Origin: Georgenia wangjunii
Lineage (GTDB): Bacteria > Actinomycetota > Actinomycetes > Actinomycetales > Actinomycetaceae
Length of the DNA: 24,000 nucleotides
Assembly (NCBI RefSeq): GCF_036421915.1
Contig: NZ_JAZGOM010000007.1
Reading direction: 5' to 3' (one strand)
The notes beneath the pieces were generated by a model. That model saw nothing but the letters and a program-made list of their open reading frames with translations, was not told the origin of the DNA and did no database searches. Shown here piece by piece: positions 1 to 8,862 of the stretch (positions within the stretch are counted from its first letter, which is position 1; each line of letters begins with the position of its first letter). The translations under genes were made by a program, and so were the position numbers.

Positions 1-302
1 CCTCCCGCACCGAGGACCTCGACGGCGTGTGGGAGTCCGCGCGCGCCAACATGCGGTCCTACCTCGCGCTCCGCGAGCGGGCCCGCGCCTTCCGCGCGGA
101 CCCGGAGGTCCAGGAGGCGCTCGAGGCGTCCGGCGTGCTCGAGCTCGCGCAGCCGACGATCGGCGAGGGCGAGACCCTGGCCGACCTGCTCGCCGACCGC
201 TCGGCGTACGAGGACCTCGACGTCGACGCCGTCGCCGCGCACGGGTTCGGGTTCGTCCGCCTCAACCAGCTGGCGCTCGAGCACGCGCTCGGGGCCCGCT
301 GA
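1..302 (+). CDS. xylA: xylose isomerase, C-terminal fragment (gene starts upstream of the window; reading frame 3)
   Basis: Frame 3 is open from the window edge to TGA at 300-302. The translation ([40 protein letters not shown]...[18 protein letters not shown]) matches the conserved C-terminal segment of actinobacterial class I xylose isomerases as I recall them. xylB follows directly. Confidence 0.9.
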   Translation, partial: SRTEDLDGVWESARANMRSYLALRERARAFRADPEVQEALEASGVLELAQPTIGEGETLADLLADRSAYEDLDVDAVAAHGFGFVRLNQLALEHALGAR

Positions 303-317
303 CCTATCGGAACTGAG

Positions 318-335
318 CCCGGCGTCACCGCCGGG
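318..335 (+). other. xylA-xylB intergenic hairpin (7-bp GC stem CCCGGCG/CGCCGGG, 4-nt loop)
   Basis: cccggcg-tcac-cgccggg read directly. It sits between the xylA stop (302) and the AGGAGGAGGA ribosome-binding site (337-346) of xylB. It could be a partial terminator or an mRNA-stabilising stem. Confidence 0.35.
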
Positions 336-352
336 CAGGAGGAGGAAGAGCG

Positions 353-1786
353 ATGACGCTCGTCGCGGGCGTGGACTCGTCCACGCAGTCGTGCAAGGTC
401 GTGATCCGCGACGCCGAGACGGGCGCGCTCGTCCGCTCCGGGCGGGCGTCCCATCCCGACGGCACCGAGGTGCACCCGGACCGTTGGTGGGACGCCCTCC
501 AGGAGGCGGTCGCGGAGGCCGGCGGTCTCGACGACGTCGCGGCCGTGGCCGTCGGCGGCCAGCAGCACGGCATGGTCGTGCTCGACGCCGACGGTGCTGT
601 CGTCCGCGACGCCCTCCTGTGGAACGACACCCGCTCCGCGGCCGCCGCCGCCGATCTCGTCCGCGAGCTCGGCGACGGCGACGCGGAGGCGGGCGCCCGG
701 GCGTGGGCCGAGGCGGTGGGCTCCGTGCCCGTCGCCTCGCTCACCGTCACCAAGCTGCGCTGGCTCCGCGACGCGGAGCCCGCCAACGCCGAGCGGGTCG
801 CGGCCGTCGCCCTCCCGCACGACTGGCTCACGTGGCGCCTCGCCGGGTACGGCCCCGGCTCGGGCGCCGAGGGGCTCGCCGCCCTGACGACCGACCGGTC
901 GGACGCCTCCGGCACCGGCTACTGGTCGCCCATCACGGGGGAGTACCGGCTCGACCTCCTCGAGCTCGGCCTCGGACGTCAGGTCGCGGTCCCGCGCGTC
1001 GTCGGCCCCGGCGAGGTCGCCCTGCGCGGGGAGGGCTTCGTCCTCGGCCCCGGCGCCGGTGACAACGCCGCCGCCGCCATCGGCCTCGGCATGCGCACGG
1101 GCGACGTCGCGGTCTCGATCGGGACCTCCGGTGTCGTCTCGGCGATCTCGTCCACCCCGACGACGGACGGCACCGGTCTCGTCACCGGCTTCGCCGACGC
1201 CACGGGCGCCTTCCTCCCGCTCGCCGCGACGCTCAACGCCTCGCGCGTGCTCGGGGCGGCCGCCCACCTCCTCGGGGTCGACCACGAGGGGCTCAGCGCG
1301 CTCGCGCTGTCCGCGCCCGCCGGGGCCGACGGCCTTGTCCTCGTCCCCTACCTCGAGGGTGAGCGCACCCCCAACCGCCCCGACGCCACCGGCGCGCTCC
1401 ATGGCATGCGCCTGGGCAACCTCACCCCGGCGCACCTGGCGCGGGCCGCCGTCGAGGGCATGCTGTGCGGGCTCGCGGACGGTCTCGACGCGCTGCGGGC
1501 GCAGGGCGTCCCGGTCGAGCGGCTCGTCCTCATCGGCGGCGGAGCACGCTCGGAGGCGGTCCGCCGGATCGCCCCCGCGGTGCTCGGGCTCGACGTCACG
1601 GTCCCGTCCCCGGGCGAGTACGTGGCCGACGGCGCCGCCCGCCAGGCCGCGTGGGTGCTCTCCGGGGCCGATGTGCCGCCGGCGTGGACCTCGTCCGCCG
1701 ATGCCGAGACCTACTCGGCAAAGCCGGTGCCGGCCGTGCGGGAGCAGTACGCCGCGGTGCGCGAGCTGACCGCCACCCGGCGGTGA
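353..1786 (+). CDS. xylB: xylulokinase (FGGY carbohydrate kinase family)
   Basis: 477-aa ORF with a strong SD upstream. The N-terminus [29 protein letters not shown] and later GDNAAAAIG and PYLEGERTP motifs are typical of FGGY/xylulokinase. It is located directly after xylA. Confidence 0.92.
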   Translation: MTLVAGVDSSTQSCKVVIRDAETGALVRSGRASHPDGTEVHPDRWWDALQEAVAEAGGLDDVAAVAVGGQQHGMVVLDADGAVVRDALLWNDTRSAAAAADLVRELGDGDAEAGARAWAEAVGSVPVASLTVTKLRWLRDAEPANAERVAAVALPHDWLTWRLAGYGPGSGAEGLAALTTDRSDASGTGYWSPITGEYRLDLLELGLGRQVAVPRVVGPGEVALRGEGFVLGPGAGDNAAAAIGLGMRTGDVAVSIGTSGVVSAISSTPTTDGTGLVTGFADATGAFLPLAATLNASRVLGAAAHLLGVDHEGLSALALSAPAGADGLVLVPYLEGERTPNRPDATGALHGMRLGNLTPAHLARAAVEGMLCGLADGLDALRAQGVPVERLVLIGGGARSEAVRRIAPAVLGLDVTVPSPGEYVADGAARQAAWVLSGADVPPAWTSSADAETYSAKPVPAVREQYAAVRELTATRR

Positions 1787-3072
1787 CCGCGCCCCGTCCT
1801 CCCCGGGCGGGGCATCCTCCCCGGGCGGGCGCGGCCGCCGGCCGGCACCGCGGCCTCATCGTGCTCCTCGGGGCGCTCGCGTTTTTGCCGGCAGCCGCGA
1901 CGGACATGTACCTGCCGTCGCTGCCGCAGGTGGCGACGGACCTCGCGACGACGTCGGCAGCGGTGCAGCTGACGATCACGTCCGTCATGATCGGCGCCGC
2001 GCTGAGCCAGCTCGTCCTCGGGCCCCTGTCGGACCGCGTGGGACGCCGCCGGCCCGCGATGGCCGGGCTGGCTGCGTTCGCCGTCGTCGCGGTCCTGTGC
2101 GTCTTCGCCGGGACCATCAGCCAGCTCGTCGCGCTGCGGGTGCTCCAGGGCGTCGTCGGTGCGGCCGCGTCGGTGACCGCCATGGCCGTCATCGGCGACC
2201 GCTACCGGGGCGCGGAGGCGGCGCGGCTCCTCTCCCGGCTGTGGATCGCCATCGCCGTCGCCCCGATCCTCGCCCCGCTCGCCGGGACGGTCATCGCCGA
2301 CGCGTGGGGCTGGCGCGCCGTGTTCGGGGTGCTCGCCGTCATGGGAGCCGCGCTCCTGCTCTGGCTCGCCCGCTCCCTGCCGGAGACGCTGCCCGCGGAG
2401 CGGCGGGCCACGGGGAGCCTGGGGTCCTCGCTGCGCGGGTACGGCGACCTGCTCCGCGACCGGGACTTCCTCGCTCTCGCGCTCCTGCCGGGACTCCAGC
2501 TCGCGGTCCTCATGAGCTACGTGACGGGATCGCCGTTCGTCCTCCAGGAGGAGTACGGGCTGAGCCCCCAGGAGTTCGCGCTCGTCTTCGGCCTCGGCGC
2601 GACGTCGATGATCGTCGGCTCGCAGGTCAACGCCTCGCTCGTGCGGCGGGTCGGGCCGGTCCGGCTCCTGCGGGCGGGGCTGCCGGTGGTCGCGGCATGC
2701 ACCGCCGCCCTCGTCGTCGTCTCGGCCACGCACGCCGGGGGAGTGGTGGGCCTGCTCGTCCCGCTGTGGCTCGCCGTCGCCGTCCTCTCGACGGTCATCG
2801 CCAACGCGTCCGCCGTCGCCATCTCGCGCCACTCCTCCCGGGCGGGCACCGCCTCCGCGGTCATCGGCTCGATCCAGGGCGCGCTCGGCGGGGCGGTCGC
2901 CCCGCTCGTCGGCGTCCTCGGCGGCACCGGCGTGGCGATGACGAGCGTCATGCTCGGCGCCGCGCTCGTCAGCGTCGCCGTCCTCGCGCTCGGCACGCGC
3001 GCGTACCGCGCCGGCGGGGCGGCGGCGCTCACCCCGGACGAGGCTCCCGCGCAGCCGGCCCGACGCGCCTAG
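1783..3072 (+). CDS. MFS transporter, Bcr/CflA drug-resistance-type subfamily
   Basis: Long hydrophobic ORF with about 12 predicted TM segments and the MFS loop motif [13 protein letters not shown] place the start at GTG 1783, overlapping the xylB stop (GTGA), giving 429 aa. The 1465 start in the track would overlap xylB by 320 nt and encodes Arg/Gly-rich junk. Confidence 0.82.
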   Translation: MTAPRPPRAGHPPRAGAAAGRHRGLIVLLGALAFLPAAATDMYLPSLPQVATDLATTSAAVQLTITSVMIGAALSQLVLGPLSDRVGRRRPAMAGLAAFAVVAVLCVFAGTISQLVALRVLQGVVGAAASVTAMAVIGDRYRGAEAARLLSRLWIAIAVAPILAPLAGTVIADAWGWRAVFGVLAVMGAALLLWLARSLPETLPAERRATGSLGSSLRGYGDLLRDRDFLALALLPGLQLAVLMSYVTGSPFVLQEEYGLSPQEFALVFGLGATSMIVGSQVNASLVRRVGPVRLLRAGLPVVAACTAALVVVSATHAGGVVGLLVPLWLAVAVLSTVIANASAVAISRHSSRAGTASAVIGSIQGALGGAVAPLVGVLGGTGVAMTSVMLGAALVSVAVLALGTRAYRAGGAAALTPDEAPAQPARRA

Positions 3073-4364
3073 GCCGGGAGCGTCACCTCGGCGTCGACGT
3101 CGCCCGGGGTGTCGAGGGCGAACGTCGCCCGCGTGCCGCCCGCGGTCAGCGCGTAGTCCCCGAGGAAGCCGCTCACGCGGACACGGCCCTCGGCGTCGGT
3201 GCGCAGCGTCGTCGGCGCCAGCCACCACTCTCCCTTGACGAGACCGCGCAGCGCGTCGTACGAGGGCTTGGGCGTGCCGTCCGCGCGGACGAGCCCGACG
3301 GGGGCGCCCAGCCATGCGCCGTCGTCCGTCAGGCCCCAGTACGTGATCGCCTCGACCGAGGGGTGGGAGACGAGCGTGCGGTAGTGCCGCACCATCTGCT
3401 CCGCCTGGCGGGCCTCGCCGTCGGGGGTCGAGGGCCAGCTCGGCACCTGGTAGTCGTTGAGGTCGACGATCTCCGGGGGCATGAGGTCCCCGGACAGAAG
3501 CGTGCTCTCGGTGAGGTGGAGCGGCAGGCCGAAGCGGGAGAACCGCTCGAGGATCTCGAGGGTCTTCTCCTCGCCCCAGTAGCCCTGGTGCATGTGGCTC
3601 TGCAGGCCGAGCGCGTCCACCTCGATCCCGGCCTCGAGGACGCCCTCGATGAGGCACTCGTACGCGGGGGAGAGGTTGAAGTCGTTGAGGAGCAGGGTCG
3701 CCGACGGGTTCGCCGCCCGCGCCTCCTCGAACGCGAGACGGATCGTCGCGATGCGCCCGCGCTCCCAGCACAGGCGCGTGATGCCGTTGCGGCGCTCCTC
3801 GTTGCTGAACACGGGCATGATGACGACCTCGTTGATGGCGTCCCACGTGTCGACGACGCCCGCGAAGCCGGCGACCTCGCGGCGGATGCGCCCGCGCAGC
3901 GCCTCCTCGACGTCGTCCGTGGGGAGGTCGACGAGCCAGTCGGGAGCGAGCGTGTGCCACGCGAGCGGGTGGCCCTTGACCGCGGCGCCCTGCTCGACGA
4001 ACCACTCCGCGGCGCGGCGCAGCCGGGCGGTGTCCGGCGTGCCGCGCTCGGGCTCGAAGCCCGCCCAGTAGAACGGCAGGGTGGCCGTGTTGAACACGTC
4101 GAGCCACAGGCGCGCGAGCTCGGCGCCGTGGGCGGGTGCCGCCCCGCCGAAGGGGCTGTCCGGGTCCGCCTCAGTCTCACCGTTCGCGTAGCCGATGAAG
4201 TCGAAGCCGATGTTCCCGAAGGCGAACCGGTGCCGGGTCTGCTCGACGCGCACCTCGGCGTCGGCGAGCGGGGTGCCGTCGGCCCGGCGGACGGTGAGGG
4301 TCGCCGCGGCGGAGCGGTGGCGCAGCGACGGGTCAGGCGCGGGGGGTGTGCGGAACGGGGACAT
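3069..4364 (-). CDS. glycoside hydrolase family 10 (endo-1,4-beta-xylanase), no signal peptide, likely cytoplasmic
   Basis: 431-aa ORF carrying the GH10 motif series: KGHPLAWH, WDAINEV (acid/base Glu), LLLNDFN, LGLQSHM, HLTEST (nucleophile Glu) and ITYWGLTDD. The N-terminus MSPFRTPPAPDPSLRHRS has no hydrophobic signal segment. Confidence 0.87.
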   Translation of the reverse strand: MSPFRTPPAPDPSLRHRSAAATLTVRRADGTPLADAEVRVEQTRHRFAFGNIGFDFIGYANGETEADPDSPFGGAAPAHGAELARLWLDVFNTATLPFYWAGFEPERGTPDTARLRRAAEWFVEQGAAVKGHPLAWHTLAPDWLVDLPTDDVEEALRGRIRREVAGFAGVVDTWDAINEVVIMPVFSNEERRNGITRLCWERGRIATIRLAFEEARAANPSATLLLNDFNLSPAYECLIEGVLEAGIEVDALGLQSHMHQGYWGEEKTLEILERFSRFGLPLHLTESTLLSGDLMPPEIVDLNDYQVPSWPSTPDGEARQAEQMVRHYRTLVSHPSVEAITYWGLTDDGAWLGAPVGLVRADGTPKPSYDALRGLVKGEWWLAPTTLRTDAEGRVRVSGFLGDYALTAGGTRATFALDTPGDVDAEVTLPA

Positions 4365-4457
4365 GGGTCCTCCTCGTCGAGGAACGGGGCGCGGGCCGGG
4401 AGCGGACCCGGTTAGGGCGCCTGGGCGTGGGTCGGTCTGGGTGGGTCGGGAGGACGC

Positions 4458-5477
4458 TCAGCCCCGGCGCGCCGGCGGCGCCGTCGTGCCGCGCTCGACG
4501 AGCTCGGTGGGCAGCTGGACATGGGTGCTGCGCTCGGCCGTGCCGTCCATGAGGTGGATGAGCAGGTCGATCGCCTCGGCGCCCATCCGTTGGATGGGCT
4601 GGCTGATCGTCGTCAGCGGGGGAGTCGTCAGCGCGGACTCGGGGACGTTGTCGAACCCGACGACGGAGAGGTCCCCCGGCACGTCGAGGCCCAGCTCGCG
4701 GGCGACGTCCATCGTCGCGATGGCCGAGAGGTCGTTCGCCGCGAAGATCGCCGTCGGGCGCTCCGCGAGGGACAGGAGCTCGCGTGCCGGCTCCCGCGCG
4801 CTCTCGCGCCGGTACCCACCGACGCGCACGAGCTCGGGGTCGAAGGCGACGCCGGCGGCCGCGAGCGCGGTGCGGTAACCCTCCTCGCGCAGACGGGAGG
4901 ACTCGAGGTCGTCGCGCCCGCCGAGGAAACCGATCCGCCGGTGGCCGAGGGCCAGGAGGTGCACCGTGGCCGTGACGGCGCCGGTGACGTTGTCGGAGTC
5001 GACGGTCGGCATCCCCGCCGGGCCGGCGTGAGGGTCGATCGCGACGACGGGGACGGCCCCACCGGTGTCGACGACCGTGGGGGTGACGAGGATGGCGCCG
5101 TCGATGAGGGTGCCGCCGAGACGGGAGAGGTAGCGCCGCTCCCAGCCCGCCGGCTTGCCGGCTCGCCCGCCGCCGGAGTAGGCAAGGAGCTCGTAGCCCG
5201 TCCCCCCGATCGCGCTGGAGACGCCCTTGAGGATCTCCGTGCTGAACGGCTCGAACTCCGCCACGAGGATGCCGATGACGTTCGTCCGGTGGCTGCGCAG
5301 GCTGCGGGCGACGAGACTCGACTCGTAGCCGAGGTCCTCGATGACGCGCCGCACCCGCTCGGAGGTGGCCATCGCCACCCCGTACCGGCCGTTGATGACC
5401 TTGGAGACGGTCGCGACGGACACACCTGCGGTCCGGGCCACGTCGTGGATGGTCACGCGCTCAAGCTGCTCCTTCAC
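4458..5477 (-). CDS. LacI-family transcriptional regulator (bxlR-like position)
   Basis: The N-terminal HTH VTIHDVARTAGVSVATVSKVINGRYGV is followed by a periplasmic-binding-protein-like sugar-binding core. The gene is divergent from the ABC/GH3 operon. The start is a GTG at 5475-5477; an alternative GTG seven codons downstream is possible. Confidence 0.9.
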   Translation of the reverse strand: MKEQLERVTIHDVARTAGVSVATVSKVINGRYGVAMATSERVRRVIEDLGYESSLVARSLRSHRTNVIGILVAEFEPFSTEILKGVSSAIGGTGYELLAYSGGGRAGKPAGWERRYLSRLGGTLIDGAILVTPTVVDTGGAVPVVAIDPHAGPAGMPTVDSDNVTGAVTATVHLLALGHRRIGFLGGRDDLESSRLREEGYRTALAAAGVAFDPELVRVGGYRRESAREPARELLSLAERPTAIFAANDLSAIATMDVARELGLDVPGDLSVVGFDNVPESALTTPPLTTISQPIQRMGAEAIDLLIHLMDGTAERSTHVQLPTELVERGTTAPPARRG

Positions 5478-5513
5478 AGCGCGACCATACCGTGCTGCCT
5501 GCCGTAACGAAAC

Positions 5514-5527
5514 CGTTATCGATAACG
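5514..5527. promoter_or_regulatory. candidate LacI-family operator: perfect 14-bp palindrome CGTTATCGATAACG, with a third TAACG half-site at 5505-5509
   Basis: Read directly. The sequence equals its own reverse complement. It lies in the 122-bp divergent intergenic region between the LacI gene and the SBP gene, and it immediately abuts the TTGACA box at 5529-5534. Confidence 0.6.
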
Positions 5528-5528
5528 A

Positions 5529-5558
5529 TTGACACCCCGGAAGCGGCCGTGCGATGCT
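5529..5558 (+). promoter_or_regulatory. candidate promoter of the ABC/GH3 operon (-35 TTGACA 5529-5534; weak -10-like GATGCT 5553-5558, 18-bp spacer)
   Basis: A consensus -35 hexamer was read directly. The -10 assignment is weak. The site is about 40 nt upstream of the SBP start codon. Confidence 0.4.
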
Positions 5559-5599
5559 CGCCGCGTTCTTGCAGTCAACGACGACGAAGGAAGCTCACT

Positions 5600-6919
5600 A
5601 TGGCGAGCAGGCGTTTCCTGTCCACCGTGGCCCTCGGGGCCAGTGCGGCCGTGATGCTGGCAGCGTGCGGGGGCGGTGACAGCGACACCGACGGTGCCGG
5701 CGGATCGACCGCCACCGGCGGCGGGGGCGGCGGCGACGTCACCCTCACGTGGTGGCACAACTCCAACTCCGACCCCGGCAAGGCGTACTACGAGGAGGTC
5801 GCGGCCGACTTCGAGGCCGCGAACGAGGGCGTGACCATCGAGATCAGTGCGCTCGCGCACGAGGACATGCTCACGCGGCTCGACGCGGCGTTCCAGACCG
5901 GCGACGCGCCGGACGTGTACATGGAGCGTGGCGGCGGCGAGCTCGCCTCCCACGTCGAGGCGGGCCTGACGATGGACCTCAGCGAGGTCGCGGCCGAGGA
6001 GATCGAGATGATCGGCCCCTCGGTCGCGGGCTGGCAGTACGAGGACAAGACCTACGCCCTGCCGTTCTCCGTGGGCGTCGTCGGGTTCTGGTACAACACG
6101 GCGATGTTCGAGGAGGCCGGCATCACGGAGGCCCCCGAGACGATGGACGACCTCTACGCGGCGATCGACGCGCTCAAGGACTCCGGCGTCGAGCCGATCT
6201 CCGTGGGCGCGGGCGACAAGTGGCCCGCAGCCCACTACTGGTACTACTTCGCGGTCCGCGAGTGCAGCGAGGAGACGCTCGTCGCTGCCGGGGAGAGCAT
6301 GGACTTCTCGGACGAGTGCTTCATCCGCGCCGGTGAGGACCTCGAGGAGCTCGTCGCGGCCGAGCCGTTCAACTCCGGCTTCCTCGGCACCCCGGCCCAG
6401 ACGGGCGCGACGAGCGCCTCCGGCCTCCTCGCCACCGGCAGGGTCGCCATGGAGCTCGCCGGCCACTGGGAGCCCGGCGTCATGCAGGGCCTGACCGAGG
6501 ACAACGAGGGTCTCGGCGAGAACACGGGCTGGTTCCCGTTCCCGACGGTCGAGGGCGGCGAGGGCGACCCCGCGGCGCCGCTCGGCGGTGGTGACGCCTG
6601 GGCCTGCTCGGCGGACGCCCCGCCCGAGTGCGTCGACTTCATCCGGCACATGCTCAGCGACGAGGTCCAGACCGGCTTCGCCGAGCTCGACATGGGTGTA
6701 CCGACCAACCCCAACGCGACCGGGTCGATCACCAACCCGGCGCTCGCCGACCTCGTGACGGTCCGTGACGAGGCCCCCTACGTCCAGCTCTACCTGGACA
6801 CGCTGTTCGGGGAGAACGTCGGTGGCGCGATGAACGACGCGATCGCCCTCATGTTCGCGGGCCAGGCCACGCCGCAGGACATCGTGGACGCCTCGCAGGC
6901 CGCAGCAGACAACGCGTGA
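5600..6919 (+). CDS. ABC transporter extracellular solute-binding lipoprotein (CUT1 sugar family; bxlE-like position)
   Basis: I place the start at ATG 5600, preceded by GAAGGAAG. The N-terminus MASRRFLSTVALGASAAVMLAAC has a lipobox (LAAC) followed by a Gly/Asp-rich linker, then a family-1 SBP body. The 5492 start in the track would run through the operator/promoter region. Confidence 0.9.
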   Translation: MASRRFLSTVALGASAAVMLAACGGGDSDTDGAGGSTATGGGGGGDVTLTWWHNSNSDPGKAYYEEVAADFEAANEGVTIEISALAHEDMLTRLDAAFQTGDAPDVYMERGGGELASHVEAGLTMDLSEVAAEEIEMIGPSVAGWQYEDKTYALPFSVGVVGFWYNTAMFEEAGITEAPETMDDLYAAIDALKDSGVEPISVGAGDKWPAAHYWYYFAVRECSEETLVAAGESMDFSDECFIRAGEDLEELVAAEPFNSGFLGTPAQTGATSASGLLATGRVAMELAGHWEPGVMQGLTEDNEGLGENTGWFPFPTVEGGEGDPAAPLGGGDAWACSADAPPECVDFIRHMLSDEVQTGFAELDMGVPTNPNATGSITNPALADLVTVRDEAPYVQLYLDTLFGENVGGAMNDAIALMFAGQATPQDIVDASQAAADNA

Positions 6920-7929
6920 GTGACGTGGCAGAGAACGTGACCGCCCCCCGGGCGGATGCGGCCACTGCCACCACACCCCACGGTTCGCGTGCCGCGGGAG
7001 GTCGGCGTGGCTCCGGTCCGCTCTCCATGTCCGGGCGCAAGCGGCTCGAGATCGCGTTCTTCGTGGGCCCTGCGCTCGCCCTGTTCGCCGTCTTCGTCGT
7101 CGTCCCGGTGGTCCAGGCGGTGCGCTACTCGACGTTCCGCTGGAACGGCTTGGGCCCGCTCGACGACTTCATCGGGTTCCAGAACTACGCGAGCGCCCTG
7201 CGCGACAACGTCTTCACCGACGCCGTCATGCACAACCTCACGATCGTCGTCCTGTCGATCCTCATCCAGCTCCCGCTCGGCCTGGCCATCGCGCTCCTGC
7301 TCAACCGGGAGATGTGGGGCCGGACGATCATGCGGGTCGTCATCTTCGTGCCGTACGTCCTGGCCGAGGTCGTCGCCGGCGTCATCTGGCTCATGTTGCT
7401 CCAGCCGGGCGGGCTCGTGGACGCCCTCTTCGACTCCCTCGGGCTCGGCGGGCTCAGCCAGCTGTGGCTCGGCGACCCGGACGTCGCGCTCTACACCGTC
7501 ATGGTCGTCCTCACGTGGAAGTACCTCGGGCTGGCGATCATCCTCTTCCTCGCCGGCCTCCAGGGCGTCCCGACGGACCTGTACGAGGCCGCCCAGCTCG
7601 ACGGCGCGTCGTGGTGGCAGGTGCAGCGCCGGATCACGATCCCGCTGCTCGGCCCGACGATCCGCACGTGGGGCTTCCTGTCGATGATCGGGTCGCTCCA
7701 GCTCTTCGACATGGTCTGGATCCTCACGAAGGGCGGACCCGCCAACTCGACGATGACGATGGCGACGTACCTCATCAACCAGGGCACGGACCGCAGCCTG
7801 TACGGCTACGCGTCCGCGGTGGCGGTGCTCCTCTTCGGGATCTCGCTCGTCATCGCGGCCTTCTACCAGTTCTTCGTCCTGCGCCGGGACAACCCCGACG
7901 CCCCCGCCCCGCGGAAGGTGAAGCGATGA
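6916..7929 (+). CDS. carbohydrate ABC transporter permease (MalF/LacF-like; bxlF-like position)
   Basis: Six-TM permease with the EAA-type loop YEAAQLDGASWWQVQRRITIPLL. GTG 6916 overlaps the SBP stop. An in-frame ATG at 7027 (MSGRKRLEIAFFVG) is an equally plausible start. Confidence 0.88.
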   Translation: MSDVAENVTAPRADAATATTPHGSRAAGGRRGSGPLSMSGRKRLEIAFFVGPALALFAVFVVVPVVQAVRYSTFRWNGLGPLDDFIGFQNYASALRDNVFTDAVMHNLTIVVLSILIQLPLGLAIALLLNREMWGRTIMRVVIFVPYVLAEVVAGVIWLMLLQPGGLVDALFDSLGLGGLSQLWLGDPDVALYTVMVVLTWKYLGLAIILFLAGLQGVPTDLYEAAQLDGASWWQVQRRITIPLLGPTIRTWGFLSMIGSLQLFDMVWILTKGGPANSTMTMATYLINQGTDRSLYGYASAVAVLLFGISLVIAAFYQFFVLRRDNPDAPAPRKVKR

Positions 7930-8825
7930 GCGCCCCCGTCACCACCCCGGCGCCAGGCCGCCCGGCGGTCCTCGGTACGACGCCCCGCCGGCGCCGCAGC
8001 AGCAACGCGTTCCGCGGCGGCAACCCGCTCGTGTACGCCGCGGCGTTCGTCGTCCTCGCCGCGACCCTGGGCCCCGTCATCTACGCGATCCTCGGCGGCT
8101 TCCGGTCCACCCCGCAGCTCGCCGCGGACCCGGTGGGCCTGCCCGACCCGTGGGTGCTGACGAACTACACGAACGTCCTCACGTCGGGAGCGTTCTGGCG
8201 CTTCGCCCTCAACTCCACCATCGTCGCCCTCGTGACGACGGCCATGGTCGTCGTCTTCGGCGTCATGGCCGCCTACCCGCTCGCGCGCTACCGGTTCCGG
8301 GGACGCGAGGCGCTCAACCTCATGTTCACCCTCGGGCTGCTGTTCCCGCTGACGGTGGCGATCATCCCGCTCTTCCTCATGCTGCGGGACATGGGCCTGA
8401 CGAACACGTTCTGGGGGGTGGCGCTGCCGCAGGCGGCGTTCGCCCTGCCGATGACGATCGTCATCCTGCGCCCGTTCCTCATGGCGCTGCCCAAGGAGCT
8501 CGAGGAGGCGGCCATGCTCGACGGCACCTCCCGCATCGGCTTCTTCTGGCGGATACTCATCCCGCTGTCCGGGCCCGCGATGGTGACCGTCGGGGTCCTC
8601 GCGTTCGTCGCGTCGTGGAACGCCTACCTCCTGCCCCTGCTCATCCTCAACGACCCGGCCGCGCAGACCCTGCCGCTCGGGGTGGCGAGCTTCTCCAGCC
8701 AGTACGCCCAGGACACCGCGGGCGTGCTCGCCTTCACGTCGCTGGCGATGATCCCCGCGCTCGTCTTCTTCCTCGCGATGGAGAAGCGCATCGTCAACGG
8801 GCTCCAGGGCGCCGTCAAGGGCTGA
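7926..8825 (+). CDS. carbohydrate ABC transporter permease (MalG/LacG-like; bxlG-like position)
   Basis: ATG 7926 overlaps the upstream stop (ATGA) and is preceded by GGAAGGTGA. The product is 299 aa with the EAA loop EEAAMLDGTSRIGFFWRILIPL. The 7314 start in the track is an out-of-frame overlap artefact. Confidence 0.9.
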   Translation: MSAPVTTPAPGRPAVLGTTPRRRRSSNAFRGGNPLVYAAAFVVLAATLGPVIYAILGGFRSTPQLAADPVGLPDPWVLTNYTNVLTSGAFWRFALNSTIVALVTTAMVVVFGVMAAYPLARYRFRGREALNLMFTLGLLFPLTVAIIPLFLMLRDMGLTNTFWGVALPQAAFALPMTIVILRPFLMALPKELEEAAMLDGTSRIGFFWRILIPLSGPAMVTVGVLAFVASWNAYLLPLLILNDPAAQTLPLGVASFSSQYAQDTAGVLAFTSLAMIPALVFFLAMEKRIVNGLQGAVKG

Positions 8826-8862
8826 TCTCGGCCCCGATCACACAGAGAACGAAGGAAGAACC

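Noticed and set aside
59-1435. 458-aa minus-strand ORF antisense to xylA/xylB, plus the other overlapping ORFs at 29-316, 325-915, 391-1062 and 1059-1769
   Set aside because: The translations are Arg/Gly/Pro/Ala-rich with no recognisable domain. They fully overlap genes with clear homology. Long stop-free alternative frames are expected at about 70% GC.
1711-4107. 798-aa minus ORF and 772-aa plus ORF (2097..4415) spanning the MFS and GH10 genes
   Set aside because: Both are low-complexity Arg/Gly/Asp-rich translations that overlap the well-supported MFS and GH10 CDSs in other frames. They are high-GC artefacts.
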